Assembly: GCA_043821645.1 (NCBI GenBank)
Contig: JBDRCO010000070.1
Coordinates: 32,001-96,000 of the forward strand
Direction: 5' to 3'
DNA length: 64,000 nt
Origin: Pseudomonadota bacterium
Lineage (GTDB): Bacteria > Myxococcota > JACRCW01 > JAFGSX01
Positions within the stretch are counted from its first letter, which is position 1, and each line of letters opens with the position of its first letter. The notes beneath the pieces were generated by a model. It made no database searches and was not told the DNA's origin. It saw only the letters and a program-made list of their open reading frames with translations. Made by a program: the position numbers and the translations under genes. Of this stretch, positions 19,387-30,165 are shown piece by piece.

Positions 19387-20367
19387 TCACAGCAGCGCTC
19401 GCGCCAGCTTATCCATCAGCCGCTTGAGTTCGCCATCACGGGGGTGCTTGACCACCGCTCTGCGCACCTGCGTCAGGGCCTCCTGCTGGTGCACCTTGCA
19501 GGTCAGGGCATAGCGCCCCAGATCGGCCACCGCGTCACGGCTGCGCAAGCGATGGGCGCGCGTCTCGAGGTACAACCAGCCGAGCTCGGTCCTGTCCATG
19601 CGATGCAGCGAGCGCGCGTACCACCAGGCTGCGTCCTTGCCGTGCGGCGTGCTCCCGAAGCGCGCATCGAGTTCCCTGAAGTACTGGCGAGCCTGGCGCG
19701 GGTCGCGCTTCACCAGCGCCAGGTAGCGCCCCATGACGAACAGAGAGCGGTCGGTCACGCCATTACGATTCTCGGGATCGCGTGCCAGAACTTCCTCGAG
19801 CAAGGGGAAGCCCCGCCGAGGCTGGTTGTGGTCAAGCTCGGCCTTGCCCACGCAGAACAGGGCCCGGACATTGCCCCGATCGCGCTCGAGCCTGTGCTGG
19901 CAGTCCGTGAGGGGAGAGCGGCCGTCGAGGAGGGGCGTGAGTTCGCGCTCGTACGCGCGCACGCCGTCGAAAGTCTCGATGCGTCCTATCTCGCTGCCGT
20001 CGGGGCGCAGCACCAGGGTGGTGGGCCAGTCGATCACAGCATAGCGCTGCAGGGTGTCCTGGCTGCCGCCGTCCTCCACCTGCAGCCGCACGGCCAGAGC
20101 GCGATCCGAGAGCAAGGATCCGCGAGCCGTGGACAGGACCTCGCGGTCGAGGCGCTGACAGGATTCGCACTCTGCAGCCAGGACCACCACCAGCACGGCC
20201 TGGTGTTCCTGGCGCGCCCGAGCGAGCACCTTGTCGATGGGGAGTTCTTGAAAAAGCGTGCCGAGGGTCACCAGGGGTGGTGGCGGCTGCCACGCAGGTT
20301 CCTCGGCTTGAACGCGCGTCGGAACCGAAGCCGCCAGGGAGAACAGAACAGCCCGCACGATGGGCAC
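19387..20367 (-). CDS. Exported thioredoxin-fold plus TPR protein (start uncertain)
   Basis: CESC motif, WPTTLVL..DGSEIGRI, then TPR-like helices. Signal-like segment after GTG 20367. Confidence 0.75.
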   Translation of the reverse strand: MPIVRAVLFSLAASVPTRVQAEEPAWQPPPPLVTLGTLFQELPIDKVLARARQEHQAVLVVVLAAECESCQRLDREVLSTARGSLLSDRALAVRLQVEDGGSQDTLQRYAVIDWPTTLVLRPDGSEIGRIETFDGVRAYERELTPLLDGRSPLTDCQHRLERDRGNVRALFCVGKAELDHNQPRRGFPLLEEVLARDPENRNGVTDRSLFVMGRYLALVKRDPRQARQYFRELDARFGSTPHGKDAAWWYARSLHRMDRTELGWLYLETRAHRLRSRDAVADLGRYALTCKVHQQEALTQVRRAVVKHPRDGELKRLMDKLARALL

Positions 20368-20410
20368 GGAAGGGGACCGTGGCGCGCGTCCCCCTGCCAC
20401 CGACACGCAG

Positions 20411-20704
20411 CTACTTGCAGGCATCGGCCTGGACCTCGCGGCAGGCGGGTCCGAATTCCGAACATCCGGTGGTGGCGTCGCAGTACGCTGCCGTGAACTC
20501 GGTGCCGCTGGCGCAGGCGCAACAGTAGGCCTTGCACTCCGCCGCCTTGGTGCAGGAGCGACCGAAATCAAGGCCGTCCCGGGTCTCGCACACGCCCACG
20601 GTGTACGAGGCCCAGCCATTGTCGGTCTTCTTGTCGACGGTCTCGGGCTCACAGGCGCTCAGACCGAGCAGGGCGAGGGCGAGGGCAAGAACGACGCTCT
20701 TCAT
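20411..20704 (-). CDS. Small Cys-rich lipoprotein
   Basis: MKSVVLALALALLGLSAC lipobox and about 10 further Cys in 80 aa. Confidence 0.8.
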   Translation of the reverse strand: MKSVVLALALALLGLSACEPETVDKKTDNGWASYTVGVCETRDGLDFGRSCTKAAECKAYCCACASGTEFTAAYCDATTGCSEFGPACREVQADACK

Positions 20705-20815
20705 GGATTCCCCCGTCGACCTGCGCGGCGTGCAAGCCCAGGTCTTGCTGCCGGGCGTGTGGGCGTCGGACCTGTGTCCGGCGCGCCTCGGGCAGTGCGA
20801 CCGCCCGAGGAGAGG

Positions 20816-22306
20816 TCAGCCCTTGACCACGTCGAGGACCTGCGAAGCCATCTGCAACATCGCCGAGGGCAACATGCCGGTGAGCAAGATCAGCAGGGCC
20901 GCGAGGGCCAGACCGACCGCCAGGAAAGCGCCGCCGCGCCCGTCGAGCTTGGGATGCGGCTCTTTCATGTACATGAAGACCAGCACCCGCAGATAGTAAT
21001 AGACGCTCACCAGGCTGTTGAGGATGCCGATGAAGGCGAGCCAGTACAGCTTGGCGTCGACCACGTTGTAGAACAGGTTGAACTTCGCCAAAAACCCCGC
21101 CGTGGGAGGGATCCCCGCGAGCGAGAACATGAAGACGGTCATGGCCAGACCGATCAAGGGGTAGCGGCGTGCCGCCCCGGACCACTCGTCAAAGGTCGCG
21201 CCCTTGCCATCTTCGCGTTCGAGGAAAGCCACCACGCCGAAGGAGCCCACGGTCATCAGGGCATAGGCCATCAGGTAAAAGCCCACCGCGCCCAGCGCCT
21301 CCTGGTGTCCCGCCACCGCCGCCACCACACCCGCCAGTGCATAGCCGGCATGCGCGATGGACGAGTAGGCAAGCAGGCGCTTGATGCGCTTCTGCGCCAG
21401 GGCGGCCAGGTTGCCCACGCTCATGGTGGCCACGGCCACGATCCAGCCCAGGGTGATCCAGCTCTCGCTGCCCGCCCCCGCGCCAGGTCCAAGACCCGCG
21501 ATGACGACCCGGATCAGGGCCGCGAAGGCTGCAGCCTTGACCCCGGCTGCCATGAAGGCCGTGGCCGGAGCCGGCGCACCGTCGTAAACGTCTGGCGTCC
21601 ACATGTGCAGCGGCACGGCCGCGATCTTGAAGCCGAGGCCGAGCACCACCATGGCGAAGCCAGCGACCACCAGCGGCTGGTTGGCGACGGCGCCGCCCCG
21701 CAGCATGGGGCCAATGGCCTGGATGCTGGTCACACCGCTGGCGCCGTACAGCAGCGCCATGCCGAACAGCAGGATCGCTGCCGCAAAGGCACCGTTGAGG
21801 AAGTACTTGAGCGCAGCCTCGGGGCTGCGGCTGTTGTCGCGATCCAGTCCCGTGAGCACGTACACGCCCACCGACATGGTCTCGAGAGCGACGAACAGGA
21901 ACAGGAAGTCTGCGGCCTGGGCCAGGGCCACCATGCCCGCGGAGGCGAAGGCGATGATGGCGTAGTACTCGCCGCGCTCGATGTCGCGGGCGCGCAGCCA
22001 GGCCACCGCGACCATCACCGCCAGTGCGGCGCCGACACAGATGACCGCGCCGAAGAACAGTCCAAAGCGATCCACCCTCAGCGCACCGTGAAACACGCTG
22101 TGCGGCGCGCCGGTGCCAGAGAACTGCACCAGCATCCATGCCCCGGCGGCGAGCAAGCCGAGCACGGTCAGGATGGCGATGTGACCCCGCGGCGTCGTCT
22201 TGCGCGCGCCCACCGGGACCCCGGCAACCTCAAGCATCAGTGCCAGACAGCCGGTCAGGGTCAAGATCACCAGAGGCCCGATGGCCGTGACTTCCTGGAC
22301 GCTCAT
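20816..22306 (-). CDS. nuoN: NADH-quinone oxidoreductase subunit N
   Basis: EAALKYF, FKIAAVPLHMWTPDVYDGAP, KRLLAYSSIAH and SLAGIPPTAGF. Confidence 0.95.
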   Translation of the reverse strand: MSVQEVTAIGPLVILTLTGCLALMLEVAGVPVGARKTTPRGHIAILTVLGLLAAGAWMLVQFSGTGAPHSVFHGALRVDRFGLFFGAVICVGAALAVMVAVAWLRARDIERGEYYAIIAFASAGMVALAQAADFLFLFVALETMSVGVYVLTGLDRDNSRSPEAALKYFLNGAFAAAILLFGMALLYGASGVTSIQAIGPMLRGGAVANQPLVVAGFAMVVLGLGFKIAAVPLHMWTPDVYDGAPAPATAFMAAGVKAAAFAALIRVVIAGLGPGAGAGSESWITLGWIVAVATMSVGNLAALAQKRIKRLLAYSSIAHAGYALAGVVAAVAGHQEALGAVGFYLMAYALMTVGSFGVVAFLEREDGKGATFDEWSGAARRYPLIGLAMTVFMFSLAGIPPTAGFLAKFNLFYNVVDAKLYWLAFIGILNSLVSVYYYLRVLVFMYMKEPHPKLDGRGGAFLAVGLALAALLILLTGMLPSAMLQMASQVLDVVKG

Positions 22307-24189
22307 GGCTGCACCCCCTTGACGGGAGGAGACTTGAGTTTGTTCTTGGTACGCAGCGCAGCCTCCGGCGGTGTGGCCCCAGGGCCGGTGCGCACAGCCT
22401 GTGGTCGCTGATCCCGGGCGGTGGCCTGAACGCCAGCCGTCGTCGGATCGAGATGCGCGCGCTCGGCCTGCTCCCGCGGCGCGGGCAGAGGCTTCCCGCG
22501 GGCCTCGTCGAGGGTACGCGGAATCGTCCCGAAGGGACGCAGCGGCTTGATCACCGGCATGTCTCCCTTGCGACGGCCCGGATCGACCGGCCTGGCAGCC
22601 CCGGCCACAGCCGCGGGAGCCTGGTGCTGGGCGTCAGCCCGGTGCATGTGGGAGCGCAGTTGCACATCGGCCACGGCAGCCTGCACCGAAGGCTCGATGC
22701 GCTGCAGGAACCAGCCCGGCACCACACCCATGACCACGGCGAGCACGACCAGCGGTGCGAACACCACGCCCTCGCGCAGGGTCATGTCCTTGAGGTCCTG
22801 GTTGAGCGGGTTGCTCAGGGGACCGAAGAACACGCGCCGGAACATCCACAGCAGATAGACCGCAGCCAGGATTACGCCCGAGGCACCGATGAGCGCGAGC
22901 CAGCGGCCCGAACCGGGACCGAGGGTGGTGACGTCGAAGGTCGTCGATCCAAAGGTGCCGATGAGGATGAGGAACTCACCCACGAAGCCATTGAGGCCGG
23001 GCAGACCGATGGACGACAGAGAGATCAGCAGGAACACCGTCGCGATGATGGGGATCACGCGCGCCACGCCGCCGAACTCCGAGATCAGGCGGGTATGACG
23101 GCGCTCGTACAGCACGCCGACCAGGAGGAACAGCGCGCCCGTCGAGATGCCGTGGTTGAGCATCTGGTACACGGCGCCGGTGATGGCCTTGGTCTCGAGG
23201 GCGGCGATACCCAGCATGACGAAGCCAAGGTGACTGATGGACGTGTACGCCACCAGGGCCTTGATGTCCTTCTGCACCATGGCGACGAGAGCGCCATAGA
23301 TGATGCCGATGAGCGCCAGGATGGCGATGGGCGGGATGAACCAGTAGCTGGCCTCGGGGAAGATCGGGATGGCGAAGCGCAGGAACCCATAGGTCCCCAT
23401 CTTGAGCAGCACACCAGCCAGGATCACGGAGCCCGCGGTCGGGGCTTGCACATGGGCCAGCGGCAACCAGGTGTGGAAGGGGAACATCGGGACCTTGATG
23501 GCGAAGCTCAGCGCGAAGGCCGCAAACAGGAGCAACTCGGTGCCGATGGGATACGGCGCACGCTGCACGGCCTCGATGAGCACGGGCAGGTCGAAGGTGC
23601 GCTCACCCACGACGGGAGCCGTGCTGTAGATGTAGAGCAGCGCGAACAGCATCATCAAGGAGCCGACCATGGTGTAGACGAAGAACTTGAGCGCGGCGTA
23701 GACCCGGTCCTGGTAGCCCCAGATGCCGATGAGGAAGTACATCGGGATGAGCATGATCTCCCAGAACAGGTAGAACAGCAGCAGGTCGAGGGACACCAGG
23801 GCGCCTAGCATGCCGGTCTCGAGCAGCAGCATGCAGATGACGAATTCCTTGACGCGATGCTGGATGCTGTTCATGGAGCCAAGCAGGGCAATGGGCGTGA
23901 GCAGCGTCGAGAGCAGCAGCAGGAACACGCTGATGCCGTCGACACCGATGTGGTAGCCCGCGCCGATGCTGGGGATCCAGCGGTGCCGCTCGACCAGCTG
24001 CATGCTGCCCTGGCTGCCGTCGAACCAGTACAGGATCGCCAGCGACAGCACGAACACCAGGGTGCTCCAGCCTATGGCGAAGCTCTTGAGCGATCCACGC
24101 TCGGCGCGCGGGAACAGCAGCAAAAAGAGCGCGCCGATGAGGGGCGTGAAGACCACCAGGCTCAGGATGTTGTTCTGCAAGAAGGTCAT
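22303..24189 (-). CDS. nuoM: NADH-quinone oxidoreductase subunit M (with C-terminal extension)
   Basis: GVDGIS, FWEIMLIPMY, KVPMFPFHTWLP, LLKMGTYG and GLPGLNGFVGE. Start ATG 24189. Confidence 0.95.
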   Translation of the reverse strand: MTFLQNNILSLVVFTPLIGALFLLLFPRAERGSLKSFAIGWSTLVFVLSLAILYWFDGSQGSMQLVERHRWIPSIGAGYHIGVDGISVFLLLLSTLLTPIALLGSMNSIQHRVKEFVICMLLLETGMLGALVSLDLLLFYLFWEIMLIPMYFLIGIWGYQDRVYAALKFFVYTMVGSLMMLFALLYIYSTAPVVGERTFDLPVLIEAVQRAPYPIGTELLLFAAFALSFAIKVPMFPFHTWLPLAHVQAPTAGSVILAGVLLKMGTYGFLRFAIPIFPEASYWFIPPIAILALIGIIYGALVAMVQKDIKALVAYTSISHLGFVMLGIAALETKAITGAVYQMLNHGISTGALFLLVGVLYERRHTRLISEFGGVARVIPIIATVFLLISLSSIGLPGLNGFVGEFLILIGTFGSTTFDVTTLGPGSGRWLALIGASGVILAAVYLLWMFRRVFFGPLSNPLNQDLKDMTLREGVVFAPLVVLAVVMGVVPGWFLQRIEPSVQAAVADVQLRSHMHRADAQHQAPAAVAGAARPVDPGRRKGDMPVIKPLRPFGTIPRTLDEARGKPLPAPREQAERAHLDPTTAGVQATARDQRPQAVRTGPGATPPEAALRTKNKLKSPPVKGVQP

Positions 24190-24221
24190 CGTCAGCCTCC
24201 CGGTGTTGCCGGGGTAAAGAA

Positions 24222-26288
<2,067 letters not shown>

Positions 26289-26408
26289 CGCGAAGTCCTC
26301 GTTGCTGCCGCAAGGAACCGTTGAACATCCTGTCGACGGGAACACCGAACTCCGGCGACCGTCGCTCGACCGCGCCCCCCGGCTGCCGGGGAACGCGGAT
26401 CCGGGGCC

Positions 26409-26717
26409 CTAGCCCCTGAGCTCGCGCAATTCGTCCAGGTTGACACTGGCGCGGCGCCGGAACACCGCGACGATGATGGCCAGGCCCACCGCAGCCTCGG
26501 CGGCGGCCACGGCCATCACGAAGAAGGCCACCACGTGTCCGCGCAGATCCCCGTGGACTCGCGCAAAGGCCAGGAAGGCCAGGTTGGCGGCGTTGAGCAT
26601 GAGCTCGACCGACATGAAGGCCACGATGGCATTGCGCCGGGTCAGCACGCCGGCGGCGCCAATGCAGAACAGCACCGTGGCCAGCACCAGGTAGTTGCCG
26701 AGGGGTGTGGGATCCAT
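26409..26717 (-). CDS. nuoK: NADH-quinone oxidoreductase subunit K
   Basis: [14 protein letters not shown] and [10 protein letters not shown]. Confidence 0.96.
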   Translation of the reverse strand: MDPTPLGNYLVLATVLFCIGAAGVLTRRNAIVAFMSVELMLNAANLAFLAFARVHGDLRGHVVAFFVMAVAAAEAAVGLAIIVAVFRRRASVNLDELRELRG

Positions 26718-26836
26718 TCAGAACCTCTCTCTCGTCGACCTTCGTCCCCGGGGCGGGTCGCCGGGGTGAGACCAGTCGAGACGTCACCGGGGAAGGGGCG
26801 CGACCGCCAGGGGCCGGGCCCGCAGCCCCGTCGATG

Positions 26837-27325
<489 letters not shown>

Positions 27326-27445
27326 GGGTCCCTCTCGATCATTGAATGCGTGGCGCTTGTACCACAGGGCGTCGACGGTCAAAACACTTTTCGCCGCGAT
27401 GCGGCATGGGCTGGTGACGACGGGAGCGCGCGCTCCTGGTAGCCG

Positions 27446-28792
27446 CTACTGGCAGTAGCCGAGGCTGTCGCAGCCCGGGGGGATCCGGCAGGTCTCGCCC
27501 GCGTCCTCGCTGCAGCCACCGTCGGCGTTGCAGGGCCTGGCGCAGGCCTCCGAGATCACGCTGCCGTTGGTCGTGTCGAGCACCACGGCGCAGGTCAGCC
27601 CTGCCGTGCAGCCCGCGGACGCGCAGGCCTGACCCAGCGACGCGGTTCCCGCAAAGTCACAAAACGGCGTGTCGACGCAGGCGGACACGTCCATGGGATA
27701 GTAGCAGCTGACAAACTGCGGTGCCTGCGGGGGGGGGCACGGGCACGCCGGGTTGCACAAGCCCCACCCGCCAGAGGCCGTCGTGCAGGATCCCCCGTCC
27801 ACGCAATCGTAATTGGTGCGGCACAGCCGCATGCACAGAGTAGGGCCGCCTGTGTACGAGGTGCAGGCGTGCCCGGGTTGGCAGGGGTTGATGGTCGCCG
27901 ACTGGGTGCAGGAGCTAAACGCGAGCAACGGCGCGCCGGATTGCTGCAGGCAGACACCCTCGGCCAGGGAGGGGTTGGTATACATGCAGGCGCGATCGAC
28001 ACCGCAATCGTCGGGTGTGACTCCCAGGCGGCAGGCCAGACAGCTTCGCGAGGTGGGATCGCAGTACTTTCTCTGTGCCAGGCAATCCTGGCAGGTGGCC
28101 CCGCAGCAGTTCTGCGCGGTACCCGTGATGCATCCTCCATTGAAACACAGGCGATTGGTGGACGCGCAGTTGTTGTCACATACGCCGCAGTGCTGCGGTG
28201 AGGTCCGCGAGTCGAAGCACTGTCCGCCACAGCAGATCTGCTGGGCCGCGCTGTCGCAGCCCGCCCCGCTGACCGTGTCGCACTGCCCGATGTTGACACA
28301 GACGCCCTGCACGCAGTGCTGGGCTGGCTCGCAGCGGTGGCCACAGGTTCCGCAGTTGTCTCTGTCACCGGCGAGGTCCACACAGACCACGTTGTTCTGA
28401 ACCGGCACGTGGTCCGCGTCGTAGAACGGGCAGCAGGACTCGCCCTCGCCACATCCGCCGCAGCAGGTCTGTTCGAAGGTGGTCACCTCGGAGACAGCGA
28501 CGCAGTAGGCCCCGCACTTGAACTCGCTGTCCAAGCAGGCCTTACTCTTGGGCTTGCAGTACCCGTCGCTGGCGCAGCGGAAGCCATCGGGGCAGTCCTT
28601 GACGCAGACCCGGTCGCGGCAGGTCCACTTCTTGGACCCCATGATCACGTCGCAGTCGTCGTCCAGCACGCAGGCCACGGCATGCTTTCCGCTAAGCACG
28701 CCGCAGTCATAGTACTTCTGCTCGTCGAACTGCACAGGGCACGAGCCAAGCACCCCGATGCAGAGCGCGGCACCCAGGATCTTGCGGATCAT
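27446..28792 (-). CDS. Very Cys-rich lipoprotein (Stig1-like NCGxCGxxC repeats)
   Basis: Lipobox VLGSC and dozens of Cys, including DNCGTCGHRC and QHCGVCDNNC modules. Confidence 0.8.
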   Translation of the reverse strand: MIRKILGAALCIGVLGSCPVQFDEQKYYDCGVLSGKHAVACVLDDDCDVIMGSKKWTCRDRVCVKDCPDGFRCASDGYCKPKSKACLDSEFKCGAYCVAVSEVTTFEQTCCGGCGEGESCCPFYDADHVPVQNNVVCVDLAGDRDNCGTCGHRCEPAQHCVQGVCVNIGQCDTVSGAGCDSAAQQICCGGQCFDSRTSPQHCGVCDNNCASTNRLCFNGGCITGTAQNCCGATCQDCLAQRKYCDPTSRSCLACRLGVTPDDCGVDRACMYTNPSLAEGVCLQQSGAPLLAFSSCTQSATINPCQPGHACTSYTGGPTLCMRLCRTNYDCVDGGSCTTASGGWGLCNPACPCPPPQAPQFVSCYYPMDVSACVDTPFCDFAGTASLGQACASAGCTAGLTCAVVLDTTNGSVISEACARPCNADGGCSEDAGETCRIPPGCDSLGYCQ

Positions 28793-29931
28793 GGCTGCAC
28801 CTCACCGCCCGAGCCTGCAGGCGCCTGCAACTCGCGCACTTCGAACTCCTCCGAGGGCAAAAAGAACAGCACCACCGTGGCCACGAACAGCGCACCTGTG
28901 GCGTACATCCCGACATTCGCTGCCGTGGCCAGGTACGGTCCCACCGCCGTGGAGGTGGAGACAGTCCCCGCGTCCGTGCCTCCATTGTCCGAGGCTGGAC
29001 GCGTCTTCTCCTGCATCAGCACCCAGCTCATGCCATAGGTGCCACCGACGGCACCGAGGGTCACCAGACCTGCCACGCCGGTGAGCGCGGCGCTCGTCCA
29101 CGCCAGTCCACGCCACAGCGTCATGTGCTTCTCGACATACTTGACCTTGTTCGGATCCCCCTGGGAGACGACCTGTTTGGGTCTCGGGATGGGCTTCTGA
29201 CCCGCCGTGGCGTCCCCCATCTCGAGCCGTCGCGCCATCCACTGCGTGAAGAACACCACCTCGTCATCGATGCCATTGAAGGTGTCGGTCACCCGTCGCA
29301 CCACCTTGAGGTCCACGAGGTTGATCTTCTTGAGCGATAGCAGCGTGCTCTCGCCCATCTTGGAGACCGATCCGGTGACCAGGAAGTCCACACCCAGGGC
29401 TCCTCCCAGCTCGGCCAGGCAACTCTCCTCGCCGCAGCCCAGGAGCTGCTTCTCGGCCTCGAAGGAGATCATCGAGCGGATGTCTGCTCGCGACATGACC
29501 TCGCACTTCGAGCGCTGCCCGATCTCCGTGGCCAGAGCATCGGTCAGGGCCTCGACGCCCTTCTCGGTGAATCCATCGCCTGCCTTGAGGTCGAGCACCG
29601 CGATCTTGCAGGTTCTCGCGACGGCGGGCGGCGGTATCGGCTTCGGTGCCGGGCTGGCCACGGGCTGTGGTGCAGGCACCGGTGACGGCAGCACAGGCAT
29701 CGAGGCGGGCTCGCTCTGGGCTGGCGCGGACTCCGGGCTCTCCTCGACGACCGCTTCCACGGCTGAGGCAGACGCCGTGTCGTCGGCAAGGACGGGAGGC
29801 ACAGGCGCGTCCGTCCCGGCCGAGGGCAGGTTGTGCTCCGACGTCGCGTCGGGATCTGGCGCCTCGACAAGAGGTGGAGCCTGCGCGGGGACCTGCACGA
29901 GCTGCAGCGCCAGGATCAGCACTGGGAACAT
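28789..29931 (-). CDS. Exported protein: Pro-rich linker, CsgG/TolB-N-like alpha/beta domain, C-terminal hydrophobic hairpin
   Basis: GGAGG RBS, signal, KIAVLDL...GCGEESCLAELGGALGVDFLVTGSV and two Gly/Ala-rich hydrophobic segments at the C-terminus. ATGA overlap with the Cys-rich gene. Confidence 0.7.
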   Translation of the reverse strand: MFPVLILALQLVQVPAQAPPLVEAPDPDATSEHNLPSAGTDAPVPPVLADDTASASAVEAVVEESPESAPAQSEPASMPVLPSPVPAPQPVASPAPKPIPPPAVARTCKIAVLDLKAGDGFTEKGVEALTDALATEIGQRSKCEVMSRADIRSMISFEAEKQLLGCGEESCLAELGGALGVDFLVTGSVSKMGESTLLSLKKINLVDLKVVRRVTDTFNGIDDEVVFFTQWMARRLEMGDATAGQKPIPRPKQVVSQGDPNKVKYVEKHMTLWRGLAWTSAALTGVAGLVTLGAVGGTYGMSWVLMQEKTRPASDNGGTDAGTVSTSTAVGPYLATAANVGMYATGALFVATVVLFFLPSEEFEVRELQAPAGSGGEVQP

Positions 29932-29997
29932 GTCCCCTCCATGACGTCCGGAGAGGTTCGGCAACTCCAGATCCGGACGCGGTGAAAATGTTCGAGC

Positions 29998-30026
29998 AGA
30001 ATCGACCGGCTCTGATTCCTTGTCAA
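29998..30026 (-). promoter_or_regulatory. Putative sigma70-type promoter (leftward)
   Basis: TTGACA-17 bp-GATTCT on the minus strand. Confidence 0.55.
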
Positions 30027-30072
30027 ACACGCACCGTGTGAGAGGCGAGCCCCGCGGGTCCGTCCGTGCGCG

Positions 30073-30102
30073 TTGACCCCGTGCCTCGGACTGCTCTACG
30101 CT
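30073..30102 (+). promoter_or_regulatory. Putative sigma70-type promoter of sctV
   Basis: TTGACC-18 bp-TACGCT, about 63 nt before the ATG. Confidence 0.45.
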
Positions 30103-30165
30103 CCCCTGTCCTGCCAGGAATCGCGATGCAGCGGCTCGTCAGAGCCGGGCACGAGGGACGGGTTC

